64,000 nucleotides of DNA, taken from the NCBI GenBank assembly GCA_041665005.1, contig JBAYJR010000008.1, positions 1,423 through 65,422 of the forward strand. The letters run 5' to 3'. This DNA is from Candidatus Buchananbacteria bacterium. Lineage in GTDB: Bacteria; Patescibacteriota; Patescibacteriia; 2-01-FULL-39-33; JBAYJR01. Below are positions 11,616-22,407 of the stretch, one piece after another; positions within the stretch are counted from its first letter, which is position 1; every line of letters begins with the position of its first letter. The notes beneath the pieces were generated by a model. The model had not been told where the DNA came from, ran no database searches, and saw only the letters and a program-made list of their open reading frames with translations. Position numbers and translations under genes: made by a program.

Positions 11616-12710
11616 TTAAATAATTTCTCGCATTGCTAAGCCAACGGCGATAGACATCCGTGAACCAACTACATCCAAAACCGGTTTTAATTCTTCCGGA
11701 TACATCACTCTCGCCCAAGGATCCCCCAAATATACCTTAGTGCCTAAAATATTTGCTAAAAATTGTGGTAATTCTGGCAATAGCGCCCCGCCACCAGTTA
11801 AAATTACTTTTTCTATTTTTTGACCGGGTTGCTGTTGAAACAAATTATACGTGTATTTGATTTCATTAATAATCGGATTGAGAGCGGTTTGAAAAATTTC
11901 CAATAAATATTGTTGCCCTTTAATTTGCGTTAAGTCTCTTTTGACTTGCTCCGCCTGCCAAACCGATAATTTTAATTTTTCGGCAATTATTTTAGTCGCT
12001 GCCCAACTGCCATGTTGCAAACTCCGATGCAACAAGGGTAAACCATTTTGTACTAAAATAATTGTAGAAGTAGAAGCACCTAAATCCACTAACATGATAG
12101 AGGCCTGATCGTTGCCAATTAAAGAACGAGTCAAAGCAAAATCTTCAGTTTCCAAACTTAATAAATTTAAATCTGCGGCCTTAAAAATATTAATAAAATT
12201 TTCTACCAACCTTTTAGCGGTACCGGTCAACAAAACTTTCAAGTAAGGTTGTTGTTTAGTTAAAATTTGTTTTACCGCACCGTTGCCGTTTTCAAAAAAT
12301 TTACTACTCTTGGCCGCTAAGGGTTCGGGCCTAGCTTCGGCCACCACCTTCCAATCAATAATTACTTGATCCAAAGGTAACGGAATTAATTTTTTAGCTT
12401 CACTAAAAACTGCCTCCTTTAATTCTTTCTTTTCTAACTTAGGCAAAGTAATAATTGAAGTATAAACATCAAAACTCGGCAAAGACGCCACTACTTGACG
12501 CGAAGTAGTTTTGGCTTGCACGCAAATCTCTTTTAAAACTTTAGCCACTTCTAGGGTAGCTGGCGTAAAACCAATTTGCGATAAATTAACCAAGTTTTCA
12601 GAAAAACCGTAGGTAATTAGCTTAGGGCGTTTTTTGTCATTAGCTAGCTCCACCACCTTTAAGCCGGCACTGCCCAAATCAACCCCCAAAAAACTTGAAT
12701 TTCTAGCCAT
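11616..12710 (-). CDS. pilM: Type IV pilus assembly protein PilM
   Basis: GVDLGS, VDLGAS, LTGGGA, AVGLAMR actin-like motifs. Confidence 0.92.
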   Translation of the reverse strand: MARNSSFLGVDLGSAGLKVVELANDKKRPKLITYGFSENLVNLSQIGFTPATLEVAKVLKEICVQAKTTSRQVVASLPSFDVYTSIITLPKLEKKELKEAVFSEAKKLIPLPLDQVIIDWKVVAEARPEPLAAKSSKFFENGNGAVKQILTKQQPYLKVLLTGTAKRLVENFINIFKAADLNLLSLETEDFALTRSLIGNDQASIMLVDLGASTSTIILVQNGLPLLHRSLQHGSWAATKIIAEKLKLSVWQAEQVKRDLTQIKGQQYLLEIFQTALNPIINEIKYTYNLFQQQPGQKIEKVILTGGGALLPELPQFLANILGTKVYLGDPWARVMYPEELKPVLDVVGSRMSIAVGLAMREII

Positions 12711-12794
12711 AATTAATAATTGATAATTTTTGATTTTTATTTATAAACCCAATCTAACCAACTAAACGCTCCAAAAAACAACTCAACAACAACA

Positions 12795-12823
12795 TTGACC
12801 GCTCTTGGTTATTATTATATAAT
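12795..12823 (+). promoter_or_regulatory. Sigma70-type promoter of lemA operon
   Basis: TTGACC-17 nt-TATAAT. Confidence 0.6.
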
Positions 12824-12936
12824 AAAAAAGAGTTTTTGGCACTTTTGACTGCTAAAAATATTTCAAACCTTTATTATTATAACATATTTTAATAATCTAA
12901 TTCAACCCCTTTGGGGAATCTAAAATAAAAAACTTT

Positions 12937-13491
12937 ATGGCAATGTTTTATTGGTTTCTGTTTGTTGTAATCGGTTTAATCGCAATCTGGCTAATTGCCG
13001 TTTATAACGGTTTAATTAGAGCTAAAAATCAAACCCAAGAAGCCTTTTCCGATATTGACGTGCAGCTTAAACGTCGTTACGACTTAATTCCTAATTTAGT
13101 AAACACCGTCAAGGGTTACGCCACTCACGAACAGCAATTATTTACTAAAGTTACCGAGGCTCGCGCTCAAGCAATGTCCGCTAAAGGTTTAGCCGAAAAA
13201 ACTCAAGCGGAAAATACTTTGTCGCAAACTTTAAAATCTTTATTTGCCGTCAGTGAAAATTATCCTGATCTAAAAGCTAGCCAAAATTTTTTACAACTCC
13301 AAGATGAATTAACTGACACCGAAAACAAAATTCAAGCCTCCCGTCGCTTTTACAATGGCAATGTCCGAGACTTTAATATTAAACTTCAAGTTTTTCCGAC
13401 CAATCTAATTGCCTCCTCTCTTAACTTTAAGCCCTTTGAATTTTTTGGCGCGGCCGAAACTGAAAAAGAACCGGTCAAAGTACAATTCTAA
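12937..13491 (+). CDS. lemA: LemA family protein
   Basis: IDVQLKRRYDLIPNLV, ENYPDLKAS, RRFYN. Confidence 0.95.
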   Translation: MAMFYWFLFVVIGLIAIWLIAVYNGLIRAKNQTQEAFSDIDVQLKRRYDLIPNLVNTVKGYATHEQQLFTKVTEARAQAMSAKGLAEKTQAENTLSQTLKSLFAVSENYPDLKASQNFLQLQDELTDTENKIQASRRFYNGNVRDFNIKLQVFPTNLIASSLNFKPFEFFGAAETEKEPVKVQF

Positions 13492-13599
13492 CTAAAAAAT
13501 TCACAATTTTTTCTTTTCAATTTTTATAGCCCTACTCTAGTAGTGATGACTTGAAACTGCCTTAAATTGAAAAATAAAAAAATTAAAAATACAATTTTT

Positions 13600-14493
13600 A
13601 TGTACAACCAAATCGCCGCTAACAAACGTCGTACGATTATTTTAATCAGCGTTTTTGTAATTTTAATTATGGCGATTGGTTATTTTTTTAGCCAATACTT
13701 TCAAGCAGGCTCTGGCTTTTTAGTTTTAGCGGTAGTTATTTCAATTGCGATGTCTTTAATTAGTTACTATTCTGGAGATAAAATTGCTTTGTGGACCGCT
13801 CATGCCAAACCAATAACCAAGGCGGATAATCCTTATGTCTATCGCCTGGTAGAAAATCTTTGCCTGACCGCTGGTTTACCGTTACCGAAAATTTATCTCA
13901 TCGCTGACCCCGCCATCAACGCTTTTGCCACCGGTCGTGACCCCCAGCATGCTTCCTTGGCTTTAACTCTAGGCGCCGTAGAAAAATTACAAAATGAAGA
14001 ACTAGAAGGAGTGATCGCCCACGAATTATCACACATTAAAAATTATGACATCAGATTAATGATGGTAGTCTTGGTTTTAGTGGGAATTATCGCCTTATTG
14101 TCTGATTGGTTTATTCGCGGTAGCCTGTTCAGCCGTGGTCAACGAAGCGACGAAAATAAACTAAATCCCATCATTGCTTTAATCGGGATTATTTTAATTA
14201 TACTTTCACCAATTATTGCTCAATTAATCAAATTAGCAATTTCTCGGCGCCGGGAATTCTTAGCGGACGCCGACGGAGTACTATTAACCCGCTACCCAGA
14301 AGGTTTAGCCGGAGCCCTAACTAAAATTGCTCAGGATAATTTACCCTTACAACAAGCCAACAATGCCACCGCTCATTTATATTTAGCCAATCCTTTTGGT
14401 GGCACTAAAAAATTATTTAGCCGACTCTTTGCCACTCACCCCCCGATTGAAGAAAGAATTAAAGCCTTAAAAAATATGGGGCAAGCCAAATAA
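13600..14493 (+). CDS. htpX: M48 zinc metalloprotease HtpX
   Basis: NAFATG, HELSH, REFLAD, THPP; ATG at 13600 preferred over TTG at 13567. Confidence 0.93.
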   Translation: MYNQIAANKRRTIILISVFVILIMAIGYFFSQYFQAGSGFLVLAVVISIAMSLISYYSGDKIALWTAHAKPITKADNPYVYRLVENLCLTAGLPLPKIYLIADPAINAFATGRDPQHASLALTLGAVEKLQNEELEGVIAHELSHIKNYDIRLMMVVLVLVGIIALLSDWFIRGSLFSRGQRSDENKLNPIIALIGIILIILSPIIAQLIKLAISRRREFLADADGVLLTRYPEGLAGALTKIAQDNLPLQQANNATAHLYLANPFGGTKKLFSRLFATHPPIEERIKALKNMGQAK

Positions 14494-14543
14494 ACTAAAT
14501 TTTATTCTCCGGTTAATCAACAATCTAACCTTTTAACATCTTT

Positions 14544-17030
14544 ATGTCTCATCATATTTTGCAACGTTTTACTAATAATTTTAAAAAAGCTTTAACCGAA
14601 GCAAAAATTTTAGCGACTGAATTAAGACAGCCAGAAATTAATCCCGAACATTTACTTTACGGCCTATTAATCCAGCGCGGTTCTTTAGGCGCCGAAATAT
14701 TAATCAAAGCTAAAGCGGATAAAGAAGAATTAAAAAAATTAATCAGCGAACTAGCCGGACCAAAAATTATTGAACCAGCCACCAAACTATCTGCCGACAG
14801 TCGCCAGGTGATAAAAAAAGCAGTATTGACTGCTTATGCCAGTCTTCATCCTTACGTTGGCAGTGAACATTTATTAGCCGGCTTAATCCAAAGCCGATCA
14901 GCCAACTTAATAACCGTTTTAAGACAATCAAAAATTGATTTGGATTTTTTGTCACAACAAGTTTTTGCTACTTTAAAAAGCACTTCCAAATTTCCCGATT
15001 TAACCGAATCTTTTACCGAAAACTTAGACGCTGAAAATTTAACTAAAGAAAAAGAAAACAAGGCTTTAGAATTTTTTGGCACTAATTTAACCAGCGAAAA
15101 AGCCCAACAAAAAATTGACCCGGTAATTGGTCGCGAAGAAGAAATTACCCGCCTGATTCAAATCTTATGCCGTCGCCACAAAAATAACCCCCTCCTCTTG
15201 GGCGACCCCGGAGTGGGTAAAACTGCCATCATTGAAGGCTTAGCAAAAAAAATTTTAAACCACGAAGTGCCCGACATTTTATTAAATAAAAAAATTTATA
15301 CTTTAGATTTGGGCTCCACCGTCGCCGGCACGATGTATCGTGGTGAATTTGAAAATCGGCTAAAACAAATTATTGCCGAGGCCAAAGCTGACCCTAATAT
15401 TATTATTTTTATCGACGAGATTCATACCCTAGTCGGCGCCGGTTCGGCTTCGGGTTCTTTAGACGCCGCCAACTTATTTAAACCCGCCTTGGCCCGCGGT
15501 GAAATTAGAGTAATCGGCGCTACCACCCTAGAAGAATCACGTAAATACATTGAGAATGACGCCGCCTTAGAACGTCGCTTTCAAACAATTATTGTTAACG
15601 AGCCTTCGGCGGCTAAAACCAAAGAAATTTTACAGGGTATTAAAAAATTTTATGAACAATTTCATCAAGTACAAATTATGCCTTCGGCGATTGAGGCAGC
15701 GGTTAAGTTGTCTGAACGCTATTTACCAGAAAAATTTTTACCCGATAAGGCAATTGATTTAATTGATGAAGCGGCGGCCAGTTTAAAATTAAAACAACCC
15801 AATAATCCAGCCCAAAAAGAATTACGCCGACTAGCCAAAAATTTAACTGAGCTAAAAATTAAAATTTCTAAAGCTTTATTAGCTGACGATTTTACTTTAG
15901 CTAAAACTTTAAAAACTGAACAAGCCGTTTTAGTCCACCAGCAAGTCACGCTTAGCAAAAACTCCGGCCGAGATTTAACTAAAAACCTAGGCCAAATAAC
16001 TGATCAAGATATTGCTATTTTAGTAGCCAAAATCACCAACATTCCTTTAACTAATTTACTAATTTCCACCAAAAAGAAATTTACTAACCTAGCGAAAGAA
16101 TTAAGTACGGAAATTATCGGTCAAACCGAAGCGATTACCGCGGTGGCTGAATTTATGCGCCGAGCGGAAGCCGGCCTAGCCTCCCACAACCGCCCCATTG
16201 CCTCTTTTCTATTTTTGGGGCCTTCGGGGGTCGGCAAAACCGAACTGGCCAAAGTAATGGCCAAAAAACTATTTGCCACCGCTGGCGGAAATTTATCTGA
16301 CCGCGAAGCTTTTGTGCGTATTGATATGTCGGAATATCACGAAAGTTTTAATATATCCAAATTAATCGGCGCCCCAGCCGGTTATGTTGGTTACAAAGAA
16401 AGCGGCAAACTAACCGAAAGCGTCAAACGCCGACCTTATTCCTTAGTTTTGTTTGATGAGATAGAAAAAGCCCATCCGGATGTCTTTAATTTGCTTTTAC
16501 AAATTTTAGAGGACGGTCATTTAACCGACGCCACGGGCAAAAAAATAAATTTTAAAAACACCATCATCGTGTTAACTTCCAACCTTGGCACGGCTCAGTT
16601 GCGCCAAAAAGATATTGGTTTTAATAGCAAAAAATCCAGTCTACTTAAAGAAGATTTTATGCAAGCCAAGGAACAAATTATAACAGAGCTAGAAAACACC
16701 TTGCGCCCAGAATTTTTAAATCGTTTAGACAAAATTATTGTCTTTAATCCTCTCTCTAATCTTGATTTGATTAAAATTGCCCAATTACAACTAGCCGAAC
16801 TAGCCCACAAACTAAATGAGCAAAAAATTAAACTAAAATATTCTCCAGAAATAGCTAAATTTATTGCCAAAAAATCTTTTTTAACCAACCAAGGCGCTCG
16901 GGCAATCCGTCAAAAAATTTCTGACCTAATTGCCAACCCTTTGGCTGAACGCTTATTAAACAACAAATATCCGGCTGGCCAAACCTTACAATTAACCCTA
17001 AAAAGTGGTAAAATACATTTAGCAAACTAA
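14544..17030 (+). CDS. clpC: ATP-dependent Clp protease ATP-binding subunit (ClpC-like)
   Basis: Clp-N repeats, two AAA+ modules ([16 protein letters not shown]), RIDMSE, GARAIR. Confidence 0.92.
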   Translation: MSHHILQRFTNNFKKALTEAKILATELRQPEINPEHLLYGLLIQRGSLGAEILIKAKADKEELKKLISELAGPKIIEPATKLSADSRQVIKKAVLTAYASLHPYVGSEHLLAGLIQSRSANLITVLRQSKIDLDFLSQQVFATLKSTSKFPDLTESFTENLDAENLTKEKENKALEFFGTNLTSEKAQQKIDPVIGREEEITRLIQILCRRHKNNPLLLGDPGVGKTAIIEGLAKKILNHEVPDILLNKKIYTLDLGSTVAGTMYRGEFENRLKQIIAEAKADPNIIIFIDEIHTLVGAGSASGSLDAANLFKPALARGEIRVIGATTLEESRKYIENDAALERRFQTIIVNEPSAAKTKEILQGIKKFYEQFHQVQIMPSAIEAAVKLSERYLPEKFLPDKAIDLIDEAAASLKLKQPNNPAQKELRRLAKNLTELKIKISKALLADDFTLAKTLKTEQAVLVHQQVTLSKNSGRDLTKNLGQITDQDIAILVAKITNIPLTNLLISTKKKFTNLAKELSTEIIGQTEAITAVAEFMRRAEAGLASHNRPIASFLFLGPSGVGKTELAKVMAKKLFATAGGNLSDREAFVRIDMSEYHESFNISKLIGAPAGYVGYKESGKLTESVKRRPYSLVLFDEIEKAHPDVFNLLLQILEDGHLTDATGKKINFKNTIIVLTSNLGTAQLRQKDIGFNSKKSSLLKEDFMQAKEQIITELENTLRPEFLNRLDKIIVFNPLSNLDLIKIAQLQLAELAHKLNEQKIKLKYSPEIAKFIAKKSFLTNQGARAIRQKISDLIANPLAERLLNNKYPAGQTLQLTLKSGKIHLAN

Positions 17031-17037
17031 CCACTTT

Positions 17038-17961
17038 ATGGCCTTATCTTTAGCCGAGGAACTGAAAAACAAACGCCAACTAACTAACGCTAAGTTTATT
17101 AAACAATTTAGCCAAGTTTTGAGCAACCAGCCGACTGGTTTAGTTAAATCACAAATACCAAAAACTTTTATCCCTACCACTAATTCTAACCTAAGCGAAA
17201 GTAAGGCCACACCAAGAACTAACCTAAAAAGTTTTAACCAAACAAATGCCAATCCTGATTATGTTTCTCGCCCTGCCATTCAATCGACCGCTAATTATCC
17301 TGCGGACTCCGGCGATAGTTTAGAAGCTGAAATACCAGAAAAAGAACCCGGCGCCATTAGACAAGCTGCCGATCGGGGCTTAGAACAACTTAAAGAAGAA
17401 GCCAAAAATAGATTAAAGCAAAAAGCCAAAAAAGAATTAGAAAAAAGATTTCCCGAACAATACCAAAAATATCAAGAATTTGCTAGAAATTTAAATAGTT
17501 TAAGAGGCACGGCCCAAGCTGGTCAAAATCTTAGCACTGCTACCGCCGAAGGTGTTACTGGCGGGGCGGCAGCGGGAACCGTAGCCGAAGGTGCGGTTGG
17601 TGGCGCCGCCGGAACAGTGGCTAGCGGTGGAGCTGCAGCTGGAGGAGCCGCAGCCGGTGGAACTGCAACCGCGGCGGCTGGTGGCACGGCTACTGCCGCT
17701 GGTGGCACGGCGGCCGCGGCTGGTAGCGTCTCAATTGGTTGGATTATCCTAATTATTGTAGTTGTTATTTTGGTTATAATTTTTATCTTTATGCTAATTA
17801 ATATCGCCGCTGACCAAACCAACAGCAAAGATAATAACATACAACTTATCCAACAAGGAGCGGCAGCACGCCAACAACTGCTTATTGAACAACAAGAGGC
17901 CTCGCAGGCAGCAATTGATGAAAAAAATTCGCGAGCTGGCGGCAGTGTAGACCAACAATAA
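17038..17961 (+). CDS. Hypothetical membrane protein with Gly/Ala-rich repeats
   Basis: GGAAAG/GGTATAAA repeats before a C-terminal TM helix; in operon with clpC. Confidence 0.75.
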   Translation: MALSLAEELKNKRQLTNAKFIKQFSQVLSNQPTGLVKSQIPKTFIPTTNSNLSESKATPRTNLKSFNQTNANPDYVSRPAIQSTANYPADSGDSLEAEIPEKEPGAIRQAADRGLEQLKEEAKNRLKQKAKKELEKRFPEQYQKYQEFARNLNSLRGTAQAGQNLSTATAEGVTGGAAAGTVAEGAVGGAAGTVASGGAAAGGAAAGGTATAAAGGTATAAGGTAAAAGSVSIGWIILIIVVVILVIIFIFMLINIAADQTNSKDNNIQLIQQGAAARQQLLIEQQEASQAAIDEKNSRAGGSVDQQ

Positions 17962-17983
17962 ACCAATAATTTAACCAAATAAT

Positions 17984-19228
17984 ATGATAATTAGCTCTTG
18001 GCCTTGGAAAAAAATTTTAATGATCGCCGGTTTTTTAATTTTGGCGGTATTTTTAGCGGTCTTACTTTATTTAGTTTTTTTTCAACCCGCCACTACCCCT
18101 AACGAACCCCTTAACAACAATCTTAATCAAGATGAGTTGCCTAATACTAATTTAAATTTAAATGCCCAATCAAATACCAATAGTAGTGGCTTAACCCCAT
18201 CAGGAGAAATAACTCAACCACAAACCAATACTAATACCGCCCCCGCCCTGGTGGCTAATGGTGGCTTAACCGAAGTTAACCAATTAACCGAAAATTCCGT
18301 GATTAGTTTAACCAGCGAAAGTGCCAAGGTTATCTACTACCAAGCCACTGACGGCAAATTTTATACCTTAAACGCCAACGGTCAACCGCAGGCCCTAAGC
18401 GATAAAATTTTTTACTCCGTGCAAAAAGCCACTTGGTCACCGGACCGCAGTCAAGCTATTTTAGAATATCCCGATGGCAGCAAAATTGTTTATAATTTTC
18501 AAACTAAAAAACAAGTCACCCTACCTAAACATTGGCAAGATTTTTCTTGGTCACCTAGCGGGGGGCAAATTGCCGCCAAAAGCTTAGGCCTAGATTCGGA
18601 CAATCGCTACATTATTGTCAGTAATGCTGATGGTAGCCAAGCAAAAATTATTGAAAGCATTGGCAACAACGCCGATAATTTTATTATTAATTGGTCACCC
18701 AACCAACAAATTATTGCCTCTTACAGCAACGGCTTAGATTTTGATCGGCAAAAAATTTATTTCGTTGGTTTAAATCAAGAAAATTTTAAAGGTATGACCG
18801 TGCCGGGTCGTGGCTTGCAAACTAAGTGGTCTACGGCCGGCGATTTATTGCTTTATAGTGTTTACACTAGCACCAACGGTTACCGCCCGGAATTATGGGT
18901 GGCTTCTGGCTTACCCAACACTATGGGCGAGGCCAGGCGCAGTCTCAAAGTTAATACCTTTGCCGATAAATGCGCTTTTGCTGATAACCAAACTTTATAT
19001 TGTGCCGTGCCAACTGACCCCGTAGAAAATAGCGGTCTACTACCGGATTTACTTAAAAATATTCCCGATAAATTACAAAAAATTAATCTTGGTACCGGAC
19101 TAGTCACAGAAATAGCCACCCTACCAACCAATTACACCATCAACAAATTAATTGCCGCCTCAGATAATTCGGCTATCTATTTTACCGCCAGCAATCAAAT
19201 GGGTTTATTTTCAATAAAACTTAAATAA
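17984..19228 (+). CDS. Membrane-anchored TolB/WD40-like beta-propeller protein
   Basis: N-terminal TM, Asn/Thr linker, repeated WSP motifs. Confidence 0.75.
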   Translation: MIISSWPWKKILMIAGFLILAVFLAVLLYLVFFQPATTPNEPLNNNLNQDELPNTNLNLNAQSNTNSSGLTPSGEITQPQTNTNTAPALVANGGLTEVNQLTENSVISLTSESAKVIYYQATDGKFYTLNANGQPQALSDKIFYSVQKATWSPDRSQAILEYPDGSKIVYNFQTKKQVTLPKHWQDFSWSPSGGQIAAKSLGLDSDNRYIIVSNADGSQAKIIESIGNNADNFIINWSPNQQIIASYSNGLDFDRQKIYFVGLNQENFKGMTVPGRGLQTKWSTAGDLLLYSVYTSTNGYRPELWVASGLPNTMGEARRSLKVNTFADKCAFADNQTLYCAVPTDPVENSGLLPDLLKNIPDKLQKINLGTGLVTEIATLPTNYTINKLIAASDNSAIYFTASNQMGLFSIKLK

Positions 19229-19233
19229 AAAAT

Positions 19234-19989
19234 ATGCCATTCATTAAAAAAAATGCTTCCAAAAAATTTGACCGCCAATTTGTTCTGGCTTCCTTATTAA
19301 TTTTGGCCTTACTGGTCGCCACTTTAGTTTTTTTAAGAATTAGTCTAGGCGGCCTATTGACCGCTTTAAAAACTAACAGCACCGACATTACTTTGGGCGC
19401 TTTAGAAAAATTCCAAACTGGCGATTTATTAATCACCAAAGCCGACCCCTTTAGCCCCGAGGCTTCAGGTGAACCAATTATTAAAGACACTGACCAAACT
19501 CAAGGCCCGCGCAACGCCCCAATTACTTTAGTAGAATACACCGATTTTTTATGTCCTTATTGCGCCCAAATCCAACCGCTAATTAAACAAGCACAAGCAG
19601 CCTATCCCGGAAAAATTCGCTTAATTTTTAAAGACGCCCCCAACGAAAATTTACACCCCGGCAGTTGGCTAGCTCATCAAGCGGCCTGGTGCGCCCAGAA
19701 TCAAAACAAATTCTGGCCCTTTGCGGAGTTATTATGGGCACAAGTAAACTTTCAACCCACCGCTACGCAATTAACCGCTTTAGCAAAAATTTTAAAACTA
19801 AATCTGGCACAATTTAACACTTGTTTAAGCGAACAGGAAACTCTAAAATGGATTTGGCTTAATAATAAAGAAGCAGAAGCTTTAAATATTAGCAACACTC
19901 CCTTTTTTTATCTTAACCAAAAACCTTTAGGTAGTACCCTAACCTGGGAAAGTCTGAAACAAACCATTGATCAAGAATTAGCCAAATAA
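19234..19989 (+). CDS. DsbA/thioredoxin-like protein
   Basis: EYTDFLCPYC, cis-Pro NTP, N-terminal TM. Confidence 0.9.
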   Translation: MPFIKKNASKKFDRQFVLASLLILALLVATLVFLRISLGGLLTALKTNSTDITLGALEKFQTGDLLITKADPFSPEASGEPIIKDTDQTQGPRNAPITLVEYTDFLCPYCAQIQPLIKQAQAAYPGKIRLIFKDAPNENLHPGSWLAHQAAWCAQNQNKFWPFAELLWAQVNFQPTATQLTALAKILKLNLAQFNTCLSEQETLKWIWLNNKEAEALNISNTPFFYLNQKPLGSTLTWESLKQTIDQELAK

Positions 19990-19994
19990 TTTTT

Positions 19995-20993
19995 ATGCCG
20001 AAACTAAAAAACATCTACCTAGCCCTAATTGTTTTAGGCTTGATGTTTTTACCCCTAGCGCCGATGCTTGCCGAAACCACTGTTAAACTACAGGTGCCGC
20101 TATATGGTACTAACGAAATTAGTGGCGAAGCTAGTACCATTTTGCCCACCTACATCGGCTTGTGGTTTAATTTAGTAGTTGGCACCGCTGGAGTGCTGGC
20201 CGCCATTTATATTATGTGGGGCGCTTTTAAGTGGCTAACTGCCGCCGGTAATGCCGCTACCATTAAAGACGCTCAAGAAACTATTTACAGTGCGGTGGCC
20301 GGCTTAATTATCGCCTTATTGGCTTATTCTATTTTATATATTATTAATCCCAACTTAATCAAACTACAATTGCCCGGCTTGTCATCCACAACTTATTCTA
20401 CCGAACCAGCTACTCCCCCAACCACTCAATGCAAGCAAACTCTGCCAACTTCCAACCCCTGTTCCGAGCAATATATTAATTCTGTACTCAATAGCCATCC
20501 TGAAATAAAAAAGTTATGCTCTAACATGGATTCCGGTTATATGTCGCAAATTTGCAGAATAGAAAGTTCTGGTGGCGTACCTACCCTGGTTTCTGGTACT
20601 GATAAATGTAAAGATGGCACCAGTTTTTCTTATGGACTATTTCAAATAAACATTGCGGCTCAAGGTCAAAACATTCAAGCTATAACCAACTCAAGCGCTT
20701 GCACCAATCTAATTATTAATGACAGCACTGGCCAAAATGGCAAACCACTTCAATACTCCAATGGTCGCCAAACCTATGACAGCTATACTGCCTGTAAAGA
20801 CGCCAATCCTGGTAAATTTTGCTACGTTAGTAAATGGGATTGTCGCGCCTCATCTTCCACCTCGGTAGCAGAATGCAAAAAATTACTTTTTGACCCCGAA
20901 ACCAGCATTTTACTTGCTTGCAAAATTTATGGCCGAGAAGGTTATAATGCCTGGCCGGTTAGTAATAAAAAATTACAAGCTTGCACTAATTAA
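19995..20993 (+). CDS. VirB2/TrbC-like pilin fused to lysozyme/SLT-like Cys-rich domain
   Basis: Signal peptide, two-TM pilin (WLTAAGN...A...I...G...INP), then ICRIESSGG, YGLFQIN, AW. Confidence 0.72.
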   Translation: MPKLKNIYLALIVLGLMFLPLAPMLAETTVKLQVPLYGTNEISGEASTILPTYIGLWFNLVVGTAGVLAAIYIMWGAFKWLTAAGNAATIKDAQETIYSAVAGLIIALLAYSILYIINPNLIKLQLPGLSSTTYSTEPATPPTTQCKQTLPTSNPCSEQYINSVLNSHPEIKKLCSNMDSGYMSQICRIESSGGVPTLVSGTDKCKDGTSFSYGLFQINIAAQGQNIQAITNSSACTNLIINDSTGQNGKPLQYSNGRQTYDSYTACKDANPGKFCYVSKWDCRASSSTSVAECKKLLFDPETSILLACKIYGREGYNAWPVSNKKLQACTN

Positions 20994-21001
20994 TTATCTT
21001 T

Positions 21002-21442
21002 ATGAAAAAAATCAAATTTATTCTTAGTCTAATACTTGTTCTACTGGTGGCCGGGCTACTACTTTGGCGCTTTATGCTGGAACCGAAAATTCCTAAATTA
21101 GTCATTAATACTAACCAAGGGGCAATAGAAATAAATTTGCCAAAGTCAGTTGGCCAAAAAATTAGCACCGAACCACAACGCGAAGATTATTCTCTCAAGC
21201 AAACTGACACTTACGAAATATTTGCTTACGCCTTTGGTGGTGATCAAAGTTTTTTAATTTCTCTGAAACAATATTCAGCTGTCGTCAGAACCGAAGCCGA
21301 AACTAGCTTTTTAAACTCTTTAGGAATTACTAAAAGCGCCGCTTGCAAATTGGCGGTCCTAGAGTCATTTACTGGTCTACCAGAACTAGCGGGCATTAAT
21401 TACGGCTTGAGTTTTTGTCCTGATTCCTTACCGTTAAATTAA
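21002..21442 (+). CDS. Hypothetical membrane-anchored protein
   Basis: 146 aa, N-terminal TM, two C-terminal Cys. Confidence 0.7.
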   Translation: MKKIKFILSLILVLLVAGLLLWRFMLEPKIPKLVINTNQGAIEINLPKSVGQKISTEPQREDYSLKQTDTYEIFAYAFGGDQSFLISLKQYSAVVRTEAETSFLNSLGITKSAACKLAVLESFTGLPELAGINYGLSFCPDSLPLN

Positions 21443-21455
21443 TTTTAAAATATTT

Positions 21456-22394
21456 ATGTCAAAAAAAATCTTCTTCGGTCTAACCCTACTACTCTTAACT
21501 TTTACTATTGCTACTCCCCTATTGGCCGTGGATAAAAGTGCCGCTTTACAAGTAGACCTTGGCTACGGCACCGTAGTGGCAAATTTAGAAACTTATATCG
21601 GCTGGTGGTATAAGTTAATTATGGGCACAGTGGGCGTGTTGGCCACGATTTATATTATGTGGGGTGGTTTTAAATGGCTAACCGCGGCGGGTAGTTCTTC
21701 ACAAATTTCCGACGCCCAAGAAACCATCAAAGCCGCCATCGCCGGGTTGTTGATCGCTTTATTTTCTTTTTCCATACTTTATATTATTAATCCTAATTTA
21801 CTTAATCTAAATACTGAAGGAATAGGAAGTAATGATACTACAACAAGTACCGCCGACAATACTCCCGGTTGTTGCATTAATGAATATGAATCTTTAAAAC
21901 ATTCCTGTTCATATATCATCAAAAGCAACTGTACCACCAGTGATACAGTTAAATTTTACTCTAATACAACCTGCGATAAAGCAAGCAATTATTGTGCATC
22001 TACAAATTCATCAGTATATTGTAGAAGTGACTTGGCTGGTTATAGTTTAATAAAAAAAGGAGACCAGGCGACAATAAATGCCGTAAACAGAAAAACTAAT
22101 TGCAGTTATCTAGAACGTCCAATGTATTCGTCTTATGACGGAAGTGAGGCAACCACTGCTGAATTTATAGCACTTGGTTACACCAGTTACCCACAAAAAT
22201 GTTTATACGAAAGCTGTACAAACACTATATCCTGCTCTGATAAAACCGACGGGACAGCCTGTGATTATCCTAATCAAGCCGGAACACAAAAATGTTTCCG
22301 AGGAGTCTGCAAAACTTGTGTCAATTCTGGAATTAGCTGCAGTAGCGCTTCTTGTTGTAATAGTTTAACCTGTACAAACAACCTCTGCAAATAA
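21456..22394 (+). CDS. VirB2/TrbC-like pilin fused to Cys-rich extracellular domain
   Basis: Pilin module nearly identical in pattern to 19995 (GVLATIYIMWGGFKWLTAAG); about 20 Cys in C-terminus. Confidence 0.75.
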   Translation: MSKKIFFGLTLLLLTFTIATPLLAVDKSAALQVDLGYGTVVANLETYIGWWYKLIMGTVGVLATIYIMWGGFKWLTAAGSSSQISDAQETIKAAIAGLLIALFSFSILYIINPNLLNLNTEGIGSNDTTTSTADNTPGCCINEYESLKHSCSYIIKSNCTTSDTVKFYSNTTCDKASNYCASTNSSVYCRSDLAGYSLIKKGDQATINAVNRKTNCSYLERPMYSSYDGSEATTAEFIALGYTSYPQKCLYESCTNTISCSDKTDGTACDYPNQAGTQKCFRGVCKTCVNSGISCSSASCCNSLTCTNNLCK

Positions 22395-22407
22395 TAAAAA
22401 AATATTT

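Noticed and set aside
19453-19470. AGCCCCGAGGCTTCAGGT (SPEASG) in the DsbA gene as a repeat insertion
   Set aside because: Weak palindromy and no second copy seen in the window.
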